Position numbers and translations under genes: made by a program
Part shown: piece by piece, positions 27,500 through 40,388 of the stretch
Numbering within the stretch: position 1 is the stretch's first letter
How the letters are laid out: each line of letters begins with the position of its first letter
DNA from: Eledone cirrhosa
Lineage: Eukaryota
Assembly (NCBI GenBank): GCA_964016885.1
Contig: OZ024746.1
Location: 53,382,001 to 53,446,000, forward strand
Direction: 5' to 3'
Length of the DNA: 64,000 nucleotides
Notes under the pieces: generated by a model
Database searches by the model: none
Told to the model about the DNA's origin: nothing
What the model saw: the letters and a program-made list of their open reading frames with translations, nothing else

Positions 27500-28862
27500 A
27501 ACTCAATAGTAATAGACAATAGGATGACCACAGAGATCTCATCATCCTAAATGGCAAGTTCAATGTGCATGTAGGACAGTTAAAAACCGTGAGAGGTAGA
27601 TGATTTTGAATCCTAAGTCCTCCCCTGAAGAATAATGCACCACACAGCATAAATTAGTTATTAGTGATACCAGAATCAGCACAAAACTGAACAAGACACT
27701 CAAGAAAATATGAAGGCAAGATGGGAGGCTAAAGGACCCGACTTAAATATAGGTTTAGGAAAGCTCTACATAATGCATATGACAAGGTAGGAATCAATTG
27801 AAAGTTTCTATGAGACAACTTACTACAGGCTATGAAGAAGACGTGGTTGAAGTCAAGCTCCTGCTAGAGGGTGACTTTTGACTGACTAAAGCTCCACCAG
27901 GAGGAGCAACACTGTGGATAGAGCTGTTAAAGAAAAGAGGCTGGCGTGGAAAGACTGGAGAAAGTGGGGCAGTAGAGACCGATATTGATATGAAAGAGCT
28001 AAAGAAATTCCGACTTTGGAAACAGAACTTAGAATCAAAAAGGCTTCATAAGAAGGAAAGAAAACAAGACTGATCCCACCAGGAAAGTGTCCCTGCTCCA
28101 AATGTAAAAAAGAAGTAGATAGTAACTTTATAAGAGGTACACAATGGGAATATTGGGTACACAAGAGGTGTAGTATAGTAGGTAGAATAACAGAAAAAAA
28201 AACTTTGTATGTGGCAGATGTTACAGAGATAGTTAGTAGTAAGAACACAAGTAAACCAAACGTTTTTCAATACCAGGAAGGCTCCATACAAGTAGTTGAT
28301 AGATTTTGTTACTTAGGTAATAAAATTAGTGGGACAGAAGGCTGCATTGAGAGCATAGTAGCTAGAGTAAGAACTAGATGGCAAAAAAAAATCAGAGAGG
28401 TGCCACTTCTTATTGCCAAAAGGTTTCTCAATACAAAAGCAAGACCAGCTGTATGATGCATGTGTACATAGTGTGACGTTAAATAGTAGTGAGACATGAG
28501 CAGTAAACTTGAAAGATATGCAAAGGCTAGAGAGAAATGAACCAAGCATGCTTCAATGGATGTGCTGTGTTAATATACATAAAAGGCAAAGTATAGATGA
28601 GCTGAAAAGCTGGATATAAGATGAATTAGTTGAAGTGTGCAGAGGAGAAGACTGCACTGGTATGGCCATGTGATGCAAATGGATGATGAACATTAGGTGA
28701 AAAAGTGTCAAGAAATCTGTTAGAGGAAGACCAAGGAAGTCCTGGACAGATGTTCTCAGAGCTGATTTCAAATCACTGAATCTCACAAAGGAGATGACAA
28801 AGAACTGAGACAATTGGAGAGATGCAAGCATAGAAATGTGAATGTAAAACAGTAATGATGAT
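27500..28862 (+). mobile_element. Old, heavily decayed RTE LINE
   Basis: Remnants of the endonuclease GDFN.HVG-like motif, PHD finger, IQVVDRFCYLG, WYGHVM and GRPRKSW. Confidence 0.8.
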
Positions 28863-30724
28863 TATATGTATGTGAAAAGTAAACCGAAACAACAAAGCAA
28901 ACAGTACAGTACAATGAAGAAATATATTAGTTTAAAGCTTGATATCGCAGGAAAAGAATCTTAACATTTCGAACACTAGTCCATGAGAAGGTGATTAAAA
29001 TCTTAAAGCAAGGGAGACCACAGATAAGATCAGTTTTTGAAGACAAATTACATAGATAATCTTAAACGTTTTCCTACCATATTTTTAATGAAAAATACTG
29101 ACAATGATTTTCATTTAATTTTGAAAGAAAGAATTTATAGGGATTTAGTAAGATACCTAATTTTCACATTAAGCTGATGTTTGGAACACTTATAATAAAA
29201 TTATGCTGGGAGAGGTTTTAGATTAATAGAAACATTAAAAAAAAAATATTTTTAATTTTTCATCTTTGAATTAAGGATGGTTTCAGGTGACTGAAAAGAG
29301 TTAAAGTATTGTTTAACTAACTGTATTATATATGTGTGACTCTACAGCCATTGTACCAGGAATTAATAGAGGCCTGTTACATTGATTGACAGAGGACCAA
29401 GTCCATGCTAGCAGATCATTCTCTTAGTAATTATGCTGAATGAGAAGGGCAAGAGCAACCAAGAACAAATTTGAGAGAGCAGAAGAAGGCATCATCTAGA
29501 TGGCTCTGACTGAAGAAATGTAACCAATGTGGTCACTAGTTTGCTACATGGACTGAAGATTGATCTATCTTAATCGGGTGAAGTGGATGGGAGTGTATGT
29601 TGCAAGACCTGAGACATCTAGTAACCCCAGGATACAACTTTGGTGATGTATTCAAGCATTTGCATCTATAGATATAGGAAGAGAGGTGGTGAATTGGAAG
29701 AGTTGTTAGAATGTCAGATAGAATGCTCTATGATATTCGTTCTGGCTCTCTGAGTTCAAATCCCGCTGAGGTCAACTTTGCCTTTCATCCTTTCGAGGTT
29801 GATAAAAAAAAGTACCAGTCTAGTACTAGGGTTGATTCTTCTTCTCTCTGGAAGAAATCTATTGTACTCAGGCATGGAGAAGGATGGGCTCCGCCAGGCT
29901 TAAAGTGCCCAAGAAATGCTGTATGTCAATATGGCTATCAGGAGTTACAGGACAAAACATACATACATATTTGAAGAACTTATAGATTATATATACATAC
30001 ACATGATGCATGTAGTTTGCTCCTCTTGCTAAATGTAGCAACTCCATCTCTCAAACCCCACCCTATAATCTTTAATACCAAAATAACTGAAACTACCCTT
30101 GGTCTTATGATAATATCTGGCTTTAAAGTTTTCATACTTGTATTAAAACATTACATGAAAATTTTATGTAGGAACTTTTGTTAAGTTATGCTCCAAACAT
30201 CCGCTTAATAACGAAAATTTTTCCAAATTCTTTATTTTCAATATTATTTGAAAATCTTTCATTAGAATCACAGCAAGGAAAGTGTTTATATTTATCTAAA
30301 AATTTCCATCATAATTTTATCTTAGAACCCTTGTTAAATTATGTTTCAAACACCAGCTTAATAATGAGAAAGTTTTATTGATAAAGTATTTCAAAACCAT
30401 AGGCAGTATTTTTCATTAGAAACATCGCAACAGAGGGTTTAAGTGTTTATATTTATCTAAAACCTTTTCATAATAGTTTTCTGTAAGAACCTTTGTCAGC
30501 TTAATGAGAAAGTTATTTTACAAAATTCCTCTTCATTTTTTTATTTTTCAAAATTAATTGAAACACGTAAGCCGTGTATTTCATTAGAAATATGATAACA
30601 AAAGGGTTAAAGCAAAATTAAAAAAACTGACATCTTTGATAAGATGCGTGCACATGTAGATGCATATTTTGAAAAGTTTGTGTATGCTTGTGTATGAGAA
30701 TTTAGGTACATGAAATATTAAGCA

Positions 30725-32500
30725 TGTGTGTGCATGCGTGTTTATGTGTGTGTGGATGTTGGTGTGTGTGTGTTGCCTTGTGTGGATGTTGGTGTGTGTG
30801 TGTTGCCTTGTGTGGATGTTGGTGTGTGTTGTAGTGTGGTGTGTGTTGTAGTGTGGTGTGTGTTGTAGTGTGGTGTGTGTTGTAGTGTGTGTTGTGGTGT
30901 GGTGTGGTGTGGTGTGGTGTGGTGTGGTGTGTGTTGTGTGGTGTGTGTTGTGTGGTGTGGTGTGTGTTGTGTTTTGGTGTGTGTTGTGTGTGTGTGTGCT
31001 AATGTGTGTGTGTGTAGATTTCTGCTAATGTGTGCGTGTGTAGATTTTATGTAAATGCATGTGTACATTGTATTAATGACTGTTCTTGTTTGTTTCACAA
31101 TTTCCAAGATTCTTGCCACCACCACCACCACCACCAGCTTTATTACTAACACAACCATCACAGTTACTGCTGCCATCACAACTTACATGCCACAATCACT
31201 ACATGCCACAATCATCACAACCACCATCACCACCCCCATACATAAGCACTCTACCCCACCATCATCATCCCCATACACCACCACTACTGTCATCACCCAC
31301 TATAAACCACCACCATCACTATTAAAACAACCATCCTCACAAACACCACCGATACCACAACCAACACCATAACCTACACACTATTACCGCTACCGACACC
31401 ACAACCAACACCATAACCTACACACTATTACCACAACCGACACCACAACCACTACCAACACCTCAACCAACACACTGTTACCACTACATTCATTACTAGA
31501 GAAAAATCATCACAATGATCTACAATCCACTACCACTACCACAATTGTCATCACCACCACAACCAACACTACAACCACTACCAACACCACAACCACTACC
31601 AACACCACACACTTACCACTACATTCATTACTAAAGAAAAATCCTCACCACAATGATCTACTACCACTACCACAATTGTCCTCACCACCACATCTACCTT
31701 CATTACTAACAATCATCATCATCATAGCCAGCCAGCCAGCACCACCACTTGACCTTAATCCCTGCTAATCCCCCACCAAAAACAGTAAACCACACTGATA
31801 CAATCTCCTACATTGAGGATTATAGATTTATCAAATAAAAATGGTTTTATACCATCCTGTGGTGCTGATGGTGGTAGTGGCGGTGGTAGTGGCTGTGGCA
31901 GTGGTGGTGATAGTGGTGGTGGTGGTGATAGTGGTGGTGGTGGTGGTAGTGGTGGTGGTGGTGGTGGTAGTGGCAGTGGTAGTGGCGGTGGTAGTGGCGG
32001 TGGCAGTGGTGGTGATAGTGGTGATGGTGGTGATAGTGGTGGTGGTGGTGGTAGTGGCAGTAGTAGTGGCTGTGGTAGTGGTAGTGGCTGTGGTAGTGGC
32101 TGTGGCAGTGGTGGTGGTAGTGGCAGTGGTGGTGGTGGTAGTGGCAGTGGTAGTGGCGGTGGTAGTGGCGGTGGCAGTGTTGATAGTGCATAAGAGGTGG
32201 TAATAGTGGGTAGTGGTTGTGTTTTTGATGTGATGGGAGTGGTGGTTAAGTTTGTATGGTAGTGATCATGGTATATGAGAGGTGGTGGTGGTGGTATTGG
32301 TGTTGGTGGTGGTGGTATTGGTGTTGGTGGTGGTGTTTGATGGTACAATAAGATGGTAGCAGTTATAGTGGTGATACTCTTGGAATGGTGTACTGATAGC
32401 ACTCAGGAGGTGGTGGTGGAGGTGATAGTGGATGTGTTGATGGTGCATGATAGTAGTAGTAGTAATTAGTAAGTAGTAGTAAGTAGCATTAGAGGTCATG
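30725..32500. repeat. Low-complexity block: (TG)/(GTGTG), then ACC-rich, then GGT/AGT-rich
   Basis: Directly visible; source of poly-Pro/Gly/Val/His pseudo-ORFs. Confidence 0.92.
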
Positions 32501-32594
32501 ATGGTGGAGATATCAATTGAGAAGTGGTGTTGTCCTTCAGAAAAAATCTATTTTCAAAGATGGCCATAAACATTCCATTTTATATTCAGAGTCA

Positions 32595-32936
32595 TTTCAT
32601 CATTTTCATTTCATTTTACGTCCACTTTTTCCCTGCTTGCAAGGGTGGGACGGGAACTGATTCTGGCTTGATTTCTACAGCTGGATGCCCTTCCTAACAC
32701 CAACCTCATTTACAGTGAGTGCTGGGTGCTTTTTTGCCGTGGCACCTTCACAACCACTTTACAGTGGAATGATAGGGACCCAGTCCCTATAATCTCATTT
32801 CTACAGCTGAGTAAACTGGAGCAACGTGAAATAAAGTGTCTTGCTCAAGGAAACAACACATCACCCGGTCTGAGAATTGAACTCACAACCTTTCGATTGC
32901 AAAGCCAATGCTCTAACCACTAAGCCATGTGCCTCC
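32595..32936 (-). mobile_element. CORE-type SINE family 2
   Basis: Reverse complement of the 21276 copy. Confidence 0.9.
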
Positions 32937-33199
32937 ATTGAGTGTATCTATCATATCTAAAAAAAAAATGTCTGTCTTAAGCCAGAAATCTTTTTAGGCT
33001 GGTGCTTATCCTGGTTTCATGGCATGAAACGACAGAGTACAAGACTCCCCACTGGACAGGATGCCAGTCCATTGCAGGGTCAAACTCCCTGATATTGCTG
33101 GTATTCATTTTAACAACCCAGCACAGGAATCAAACCCATGACATTATGATCGTAAGTTGAACACCCGTGCATATCATGGGTGTCTATTAATGTATATTA

Positions 33200-33392
33200 T
33201 AATTGTTTCTACTTTTGGCACAAGGCCAGCAATTATCCCAGTGTATGACTAGTGCTTCATTTTATCGACCCCATAAGGATGAAAGGCAAAGTTGACCTCG
33301 GCGAGATTTGAACTCAGACCATAAAGGGCTGTAACTCTTTGCTGCAAAGCATGGCGTCAGACCCTCTCCCGATACTGCCAAACCACCGACCT
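33200..33392 (-). mobile_element. SINE family 1
   Basis: Conserved body. Confidence 0.88.
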
Positions 33393-33574
33393 AGTATAAT
33401 GGTTTCTATTAGTAGTTACACTTGTTTAACCCAAGATCAATTCTTATCCAGTAGATTTATGATAAACAAATTCTAGCTATTTAATTAATAAACTTCTACT
33501 CCTCAAAATTTCTGGTTGTCATTCAGTCAGTAGTATAATGGAGTAAGAAGGGGATCTTCAGTTAAGTTAATGAT

Positions 33575-34150
33575 CTGACAACCTCTGTAGTGTAGGTGCC
33601 ATGATAAAATGTACCAAGTACACTCTGTAAAGTGACTGGCATTAGAAAGAGCATCCAGTTATAAAAACCATGCCAAACAAAGGATTGCGAGAACTTGTCA
33701 GTCATGTCAAAGACATGACAACCTGTGTAGTGCTGGTGCCATAAAAATGCACCCAGTACACTCTGTAAAGTGGTTGATGCCGAGAGGACTTTCCAGTCAC
33801 ACCAAGTATACGAAAACCTGACTAGTGCTAACGCTAAAATAAAATGTGCTCAATACATTCTATAAAGTGATTGGCTGTTCTGTCTGTCTAAAGACATGAC
33901 TTTCCAGTCACATCAAGTATATGATAACTTCACTAGAGCTGGAACTACAATAAAATATGCCCACTACACTGTAAAGTGTTTGGGATTAAGAACAGCCTCC
34001 AGCTGTAGAGATGCCAAAACTAGAGTGTGTAATCATGATATTCTCCTGCCTGTTTGAGGACAGTAGCCCAGAGTAGGTACTGAGTTAGTCTGTGATAACC
34101 TGATCAAACAATGCCAGCATGGAAGAATGGGCATAAAAATGATGACGATA
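33575..34150 (+). repeat. Degenerate tandem array (~4 units) of an RTE/SINE-tail-like block ending in a (GAT) tail
   Basis: Recurring GTGCC..AAAATGCACC..ACACTCTGTAAAGTG..TGG; ends GCATGGAAGAATGGGCATAAAAATGATGA. Confidence 0.65.
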
Positions 34151-34151
34151 T

Positions 34152-34270
34152 GAGTTCAAATCCCGCCAAGGTTAACTTTGCCTTTCATCCTTACGGGGTC
34201 GATAAAATAAAGTACCAGTAATGCACTGGGTAATTGCTGGCCTTGTGCCTAACGTAGAAACAATTATTAT
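34152..34270 (+). mobile_element. SINE family 1, 3' half
   Basis: Starts at the B box. Confidence 0.85.
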
Positions 34271-34967
34271 CAACATTATATTATTATATAATTTTTGAAA
34301 TTCAAGTTTCTCTCTACAATAATGACAGCAGGAAGTGACACTTTCGGAAATTGAAATAAAAAAACCATAAATTCTTGGAAAATAAAATTATTTGAAAATT
34401 GAAACTAAAATAAAAAAAAAAAATAAAAAAAAAAATTTAGCTTTAATTCTATTTCAAATTGTAAAAAAATAAATCCTAACAGGAAATTGTATATAAAAAA
34501 AAATATGACGCGATATTTTTCAGAGGTCACTTCCTGTTTTGAAAGAATACATACATAAATAAATAAATAAATAACTCAGTGACAAATGTCAAGTTTGGCA
34601 AGTTATGTCCCTTTATATTCTGGCTTTTAGAAAATTCTATGGAGGTGAATTTGATACACTATACCCTAAACATACACGGGAGGATCATGGTAGGATTGTC
34701 TGTCTGATCATAGATAAACCTCATCAGAGCTGACACTGGGCTAAAGAGCAGCAACAACTACTACTACTACTATTACAACAACAACTACTGCTACTACACA
34801 CATTAAAACAATAGTACACACACACACACACCAGTACACATTACACACACCACTCGCACATCTTATATGTAAGAATCATTAAAGCGAGATTATCCAAAGT
34901 CATCATCTTACATGGAGTCCTGAGAGGAGTGGATTATAGTGGATTAACATTTAGACCTGGTAGTTGA

Positions 34968-35508
34968 GGTGGTGGTGGTGATAGTGGTGGTGGTAGTAGT
35001 GGTGGTGGTGGTAGTAGTGGTGGTGGTAATAGTGGTGGTGGTAATAGTGGTGGTGGTAGTAGTAGTGGTGGTGGTAATGGTGGTGGTGGTGATAGTGGTG
35101 GTAGTAGTGGTGGTGGTGGTAGTAGTGGTGGTGGTGGTAGTGGTGGTGGTAGTAGTGGTGGTGGTAGTAGTAGTGGTGGTGGTAATGGTGGTGGTGGTGG
35201 TAGTGGTGGTGATAGTGGTGGTGGTGATGCTGGTGGTAGTAGTAGTGGTGGTGATAGTGGTGGTGGTGGTGATAGTGGTGGTGATGATAGTGGTGGTGGT
35301 GATAGTGGTGGGGGTGATAGTGGTAGTAGTGGTGGTGGTGGTAGTGGTAGTAGTGGTGGTAGTGGTAGTGGTGGTGGTGGTAGTGGTGGTAGTGGTGGTG
35401 GTGGTAGTGGTGGTAGTGGTGGTGGTGGTAGTGGTGGTAGTGGTGGTGGTGGTGGTAGTGGTGGTGGTGGTGGTGGTGGTAGTGGTAGTGGTGGTGGTAG
35501 TGGTGGTG
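34968..35508. repeat. (GGT/AGT)n trinucleotide tract
   Basis: Directly visible. Confidence 0.97.
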
Positions 35509-35827
35509 TGTAGCTGTAATAATGGTGGTTGAGATAATGATGGCAGTGTTAATAGTAAATCAATTAATGGTGTAGGCGTTGGTGGTGGTGGTAGTAGTAT
35601 TGGCAGTGGTATTAGTTGTATTCTCAGTATTGGTGATGTGTTAGTGCTAATGATGCAGATAGCAGATTAACATAAGATTAACTCAACTTATTCAGTTAAT
35701 GATTATTTCAAATTTAGGCACAATTTGCAATGTTGATCAGAGTACTTTACTGGTACTTTATTTCATCAACCCCGGAAGGAGGATAAGCAAAGTTAACCTC
35801 GATGGGATTTTAAACCAGACCATAGAG

Positions 35828-36343
35828 CAGAGGTTCTCAAACGTTTTGGGGTCACCGCCCCACTAATGGCCACGTAATACCCTCAGCGGTCTCACCCCTT
35901 TTTGTCCACAGAGACCTGCTTACACGCAAATTTTAATTAATCGTTTTTAGTATAGGCAAAAGGATAGCAAATTGATGGTGTGTGTATGGGGGAGGGAGTC
36001 GATTAAATCGACCCAGTGGGTGACTGGTACTTTATTTTAGCGATCCCGTAAGGATGAAAGGCAAAGCTAGCCTCGGCAGGATTTGAACTCAGACCGTAAA
36101 GGGCCGTAACTATGCTGCAAAGCATGGTATCTGGGCCTCTTAAATAATATGATAAATAAAATCGTTAACTTATATATAATAAATAATAATATATATTTTT
36201 ATTTTACTATATTTATATATATAATATGTATCATTTGATATTTAATATACTATTATAACAGCTCTACTACCCCCTTAGGCCCCAGTGACCCCTAGACCTT
36301 CTCATTGCTCCAGGGAGCGGTAGCACCCACTTTGATAACGTCT
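35828..36343. mobile_element. hAT MITE inserted in a SINE and itself containing a SINE (~35950-36135)
   Basis: TIRs CAGAGGTTCTCAAA and TTTGATAACGTCTG; degenerate 8-bp target duplication CCATAGAG/CTACAGAG. Confidence 0.75.
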
Positions 36344-36384
36344 GCTACAGAGGGTTGTAATGAAATATTGTAACAAGTTTCATC

Positions 36385-37218
36385 TGATGCACTGATTATA
36401 TCACAGGCACAAGACCAGCAATGTAGTTTTTAAAGGAGAATGATGTACTGATTATATCAGAGGCACAAGACCAGCAATATAGTTTTTAAAGGAGAATGAT
36501 GTACTGATTATATCAGAGGCACAAGACCAGCAATGTAGTTTTTAAAGGAGAATGATGCACTGATTATATCACAGGCACAAGACCAGCAATATAGTTTTTA
36601 AAGGAGAATGATGTACTGATTATATCAGAGGCACAAGACCAGCAATGTAGTTTTTAAAGGAGAATGATGTACTGATTATATCAGAGGCACAAGACCAGCA
36701 ATGTAGTTTTTAAAGGAGAATGATGTACTGATTATATCACAGACACAAGACCAGCAATGTAGTTTTTAAAGGAGAATGATGTCCTGATTATATCAGAGGC
36801 ACAAGACCCAGCAATATAGTTTTTAAAGGAGAATGATGTACTGATTATATCACAGACACAAGACCAGCAATGTAGTTTTTAAAGGAGAATGATGTACTGA
36901 TTATATCACAGACACAAGACCAGCAATGTAGTTTTTAAAGGGGAATGATGTACTGATTATATCACAGACACAAGACCAGCAATGTAGTTTTTAAAGGAGA
37001 ATGATGTCCTGATTATATCAGAGGCACAAGACCAGCAATGTAGTTTTTAAAGGGGAATGATGTACTGATTATATCAGAGGCACAAGACCAGCAATGTAGT
37101 TTTTAAAGGAGAATGATGTACTGATTATATCAGAGGCACAAGACCAGCAATGTAGTTTTTAAAGGGGAATGATGTACTGATTATATCAGAGGCACAAGAC
37201 CAGCAATGTAGTTTTTAA
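36385..37218. repeat. 56-bp minisatellite, ~15 copies
   Basis: Unit TGATGTACTGATTATATCAGAGGCACAAGACCAGCAATGTAGTTTTTAAAGGAGAA; period 56 (36441 and 36497). Confidence 0.97.
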
Positions 37219-37415
37219 TTGGATTGGCAGTATCGGAAGAGCGTTGGACACCATGCTTTGCAACATAGAATTACGGCCCTTTACGGCATGAGGTTAACTT
37301 TGCCTTTCATCCTTACGGGGTCGATAAAATAAAGCACCAGTAACGTACTGGGGTTGATTTAATCAACTTTCCCCTCCCCTCAAATTACTGGCCTTGTGCC
37401 TATACTAGAAAGCAT
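37219..37415 (+). mobile_element. SINE family 1 with an internal deletion removing the B box
   Basis: Head and body present; GAGTTCAAATCC absent. Confidence 0.85.
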
Positions 37416-37984
37416 TATATTTTATCGACTTCACAATGATGAAAGGCAATGTTGGCTTCAGTGAGTGGGATTGGTTGTCTACATGCTTACAGAGACATAA
37501 GTCTAATGTAATGGTTAGCTTGAAGAGGTTGGAGTTGGCTGTAGCGTCTTTTGGAAGAGTACATTGTTAGAAGAGCAGAGGTAGGCTGGTGTTGGCTTTG
37601 AAGCCTGCTCTAAAATGCTTCAGAAAAACGTGTGTGGGTGGCTGACAACGAAATGCCAGGTCAAAATTTCCAAGTAGAAAGGAGACCAAGACTTGCACAG
37701 ATTAAGTGAAAACTGTTCTCAAGAAAGTGAACCTTACAAAGGGAGATGGCACATGAAAGAAACAGAGATGCTGTACTGGAATGCTAAGGACATTCACAGA
37801 AATTACTTCTGCTACAATCTATGGCAAAAGCACTGGAACCACTGTGTGACTTCCTAGGGGTCATATTTAGAAGGAGATAACTTGCAATTTCATGTACATC
37901 TAATAGACATTTCAATAAAAGATCAGTACCCTTACTTCTGGGAATAACCTCGTATACACACACACACATAAAAATATATATACA

Positions 37985-39965
37985 CAGATATGAAGATGGG
38001 GAAGGCAGATATCAAAGATATGAAGATGGGGAAGGCAACATCAAAGATATGAAGATGGGGAAGGCAACCGGTCCATCGGGTATAGCTGCCGAGATGCTGA
38101 AGGCATCTGGGTCTGTAGGTCACACTATAACCACACGTATCGTTAACCAGGTAATACTAGAAGGGGCCATACCAAAAGATTGGTGCAGTAGCATCATTGT
38201 CAACTGCTACAAAGGTAAAGATGATGCACTAGATAGAGGAAACTATAGAGGTATAAAGTTGATGGACCAGGTCATGAAAGTAACAGAAAGAGTTATAGCA
38301 CAGCTGATTAGAGACCGGGTGAAAATAGACGAGATGCAATTTGGGTTTGTACCAGGAAGAGGCACCACTGATGCCCTCTTCCTTGTGAGGCAATTACAGG
38401 AAAAGTACCTAGCTAAAAGTAAGCCACTCTACTTGGCATTTGTTGACCTTGAGAAAGCCTTTGACAGAGTTCCACGTGCTGTAATCTGGTGGGCTCTTAG
38501 AAAACTAGGAGTAGATGAATGGCTTGTGAAAGCGGTACAAGCCATGTATAGGGGAGCAGTCAGCAAAGTTAGGATTAGCAATGAGGATTAGCGAGGAATT
38601 TAGCGTACAGGTTGGGGTCCACCAGGGCTCTGTTCTTAGCCCTCTCCTGTTCATCATAATCCTGCAGGCAATAACGGAGGAGTTTAAGACCGGATGCCCA
38701 TGGGAACTCCTGTATGCTGATGACCTCGCACTCATAGCTGAATCTATGGTAGAACTAGAGAATAAATTCCAAACCTGGAAGCAGGGACTAGAAAGAAAGG
38801 GTCTCAAAGTCAACATGACAAAGACTAAGGTCCTTGTAAGTAGACGAGAAAACAGAACCCAGATCCCCTCAGGGAAATGGCCTTGCTCAGTATGTAGGAA
38901 AGGTGTAGGTAGGAACTCCATTCTCTGCCCCAAATGCAAACAATGGGTACACAAGAGATGTAGCGGGATCTCAGGAAGCTTAATTAAGAATGTAGGATTC
39001 ACATGCAGCAGCTGTGCTGAGACAGCAAACAGCCACAGGAAACAAGTACCACCAATCTCTGGGAGGGCCCTGTAGAAACAGTAGACAGCTTCCGCTACCT
39101 GGGTGACCGAATTAGCAACGGAGGTGGGTGTTCAGAAAGTGAAATAACTAGGGTAAGAACGGGATGGAAGAAGTTTAGGGAACTACTACCACTGCTAGCT
39201 GCAAAAGGCTTCTCCCTCAGAATGAAAGGCAGACTGTATGATGCGTGTATCCGAACAGCGATGTTGCATGGTAGCGAGACCTGGGCGCTGAAGGTGGAAG
39301 AGTTACGTAGATTAGAGAGAAACGAAGCCTGCATGCTCCGATGGATGTGTAACAATAATATACGTGAACGACAAAGCATAAATGAATTGAGAGAGAGACT
39401 GAGCATAAGAGGAATCAAATGCTGTGTGCAGGAGAGGCGGTTGCGCTGGTATGGACATGTGATGCGTATGAAGGATGACAGCTGCATAAAATGGTGCAGA
39501 GCACTAGAAGTTGATGGAAACCGCAAAGTGGAGAGACCCAAGATGACCTGGGATGAGGTGATAAAAGCCGACCTTACTCAATTACACCTCTCAAAGACAA
39601 TGACACACGACCGTGACTTCTGGCGTCATGCAGTAATACAGAGTACCCGACCTCCCATGGGTACAAGCTGAAGCATATAGACAATATGTCCCCACACCGC
39701 AAGGTGGTCGTGGAGGTGCCACGGCAAAAAAGCACCCAGCCCACACTGTAAAGTGGACGTGTAGGCGCCACAAAAAAGCACCCACCACTCACTGTAAATG
39801 AGGTTGGTGTTAGGAAGGGCATCCAGCTGTAGAAATCAAGCCAAATCAGTTCCTGTATGAGCAAGGCACGGTCAGCCGACCAGACACTGCCCACAACAGG
39901 ACAACCCGTCTAACCCATGCTAGCGTGGAAGAACGGACGTAAAACGGTGATGATGATGATGATGA
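37985..39965 (+). mobile_element. RTE subfamily B copy 2, frameshifted, 5'-truncated
   Basis: ORFs 38049..38591, 38581..39075 and 39222..39671 are near-identical to the 6315-7943 copy; same 3'UTR. Confidence 0.96.
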
Positions 39966-39980
39966 CACACACATATATAT

Positions 39981-40195
39981 ATGATGGCTACAAACTCTGC
40001 TAAGAGTATTGCAATTGCTTGTCAGATTACAGAAAATGGTGCACTTCTAGGCTACGGCCAGCCACACGAACCTGTAACATAACCTGAACAAACAATGCTT
40101 GAGCTTTGAAGGTTTTTTTAAGTGGGGAAACGCCTTGCACTCAACCAATCCCACTCTCTGAGCATCGAAAACACTTCCCGAAAAGGAGAAAAAAT
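39981..40195 (-). mobile_element. Fragment of a second bipartite RTE-derived element
   Basis: Reverse complement shares GCTCAGAGAGTGGGATTGG..AGTGCA and a ..TACTC....GAG...GTAGCCATCAT end with 48519-48841. Confidence 0.6.
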
Positions 40196-40206
40196 ATATA
40201 TATATA

Positions 40207-40271
<65 letters not shown>

Positions 40272-40388
40272 TTGTATATATATATATATACTCACTCATT
40301 CACTTATATAGTGTATGTATGTATATATATATATATATACTCGTATATATATATATATATATATACTCGTATATATATATACTCGTAT

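Noticed and set aside
31755-32402. Pro-rich, Gly/Ser-rich, His-rich and poly-Val ORFs (also 34969..35532)
   Set aside because: All frames of a trinucleotide tract are open; no splice or domain support.
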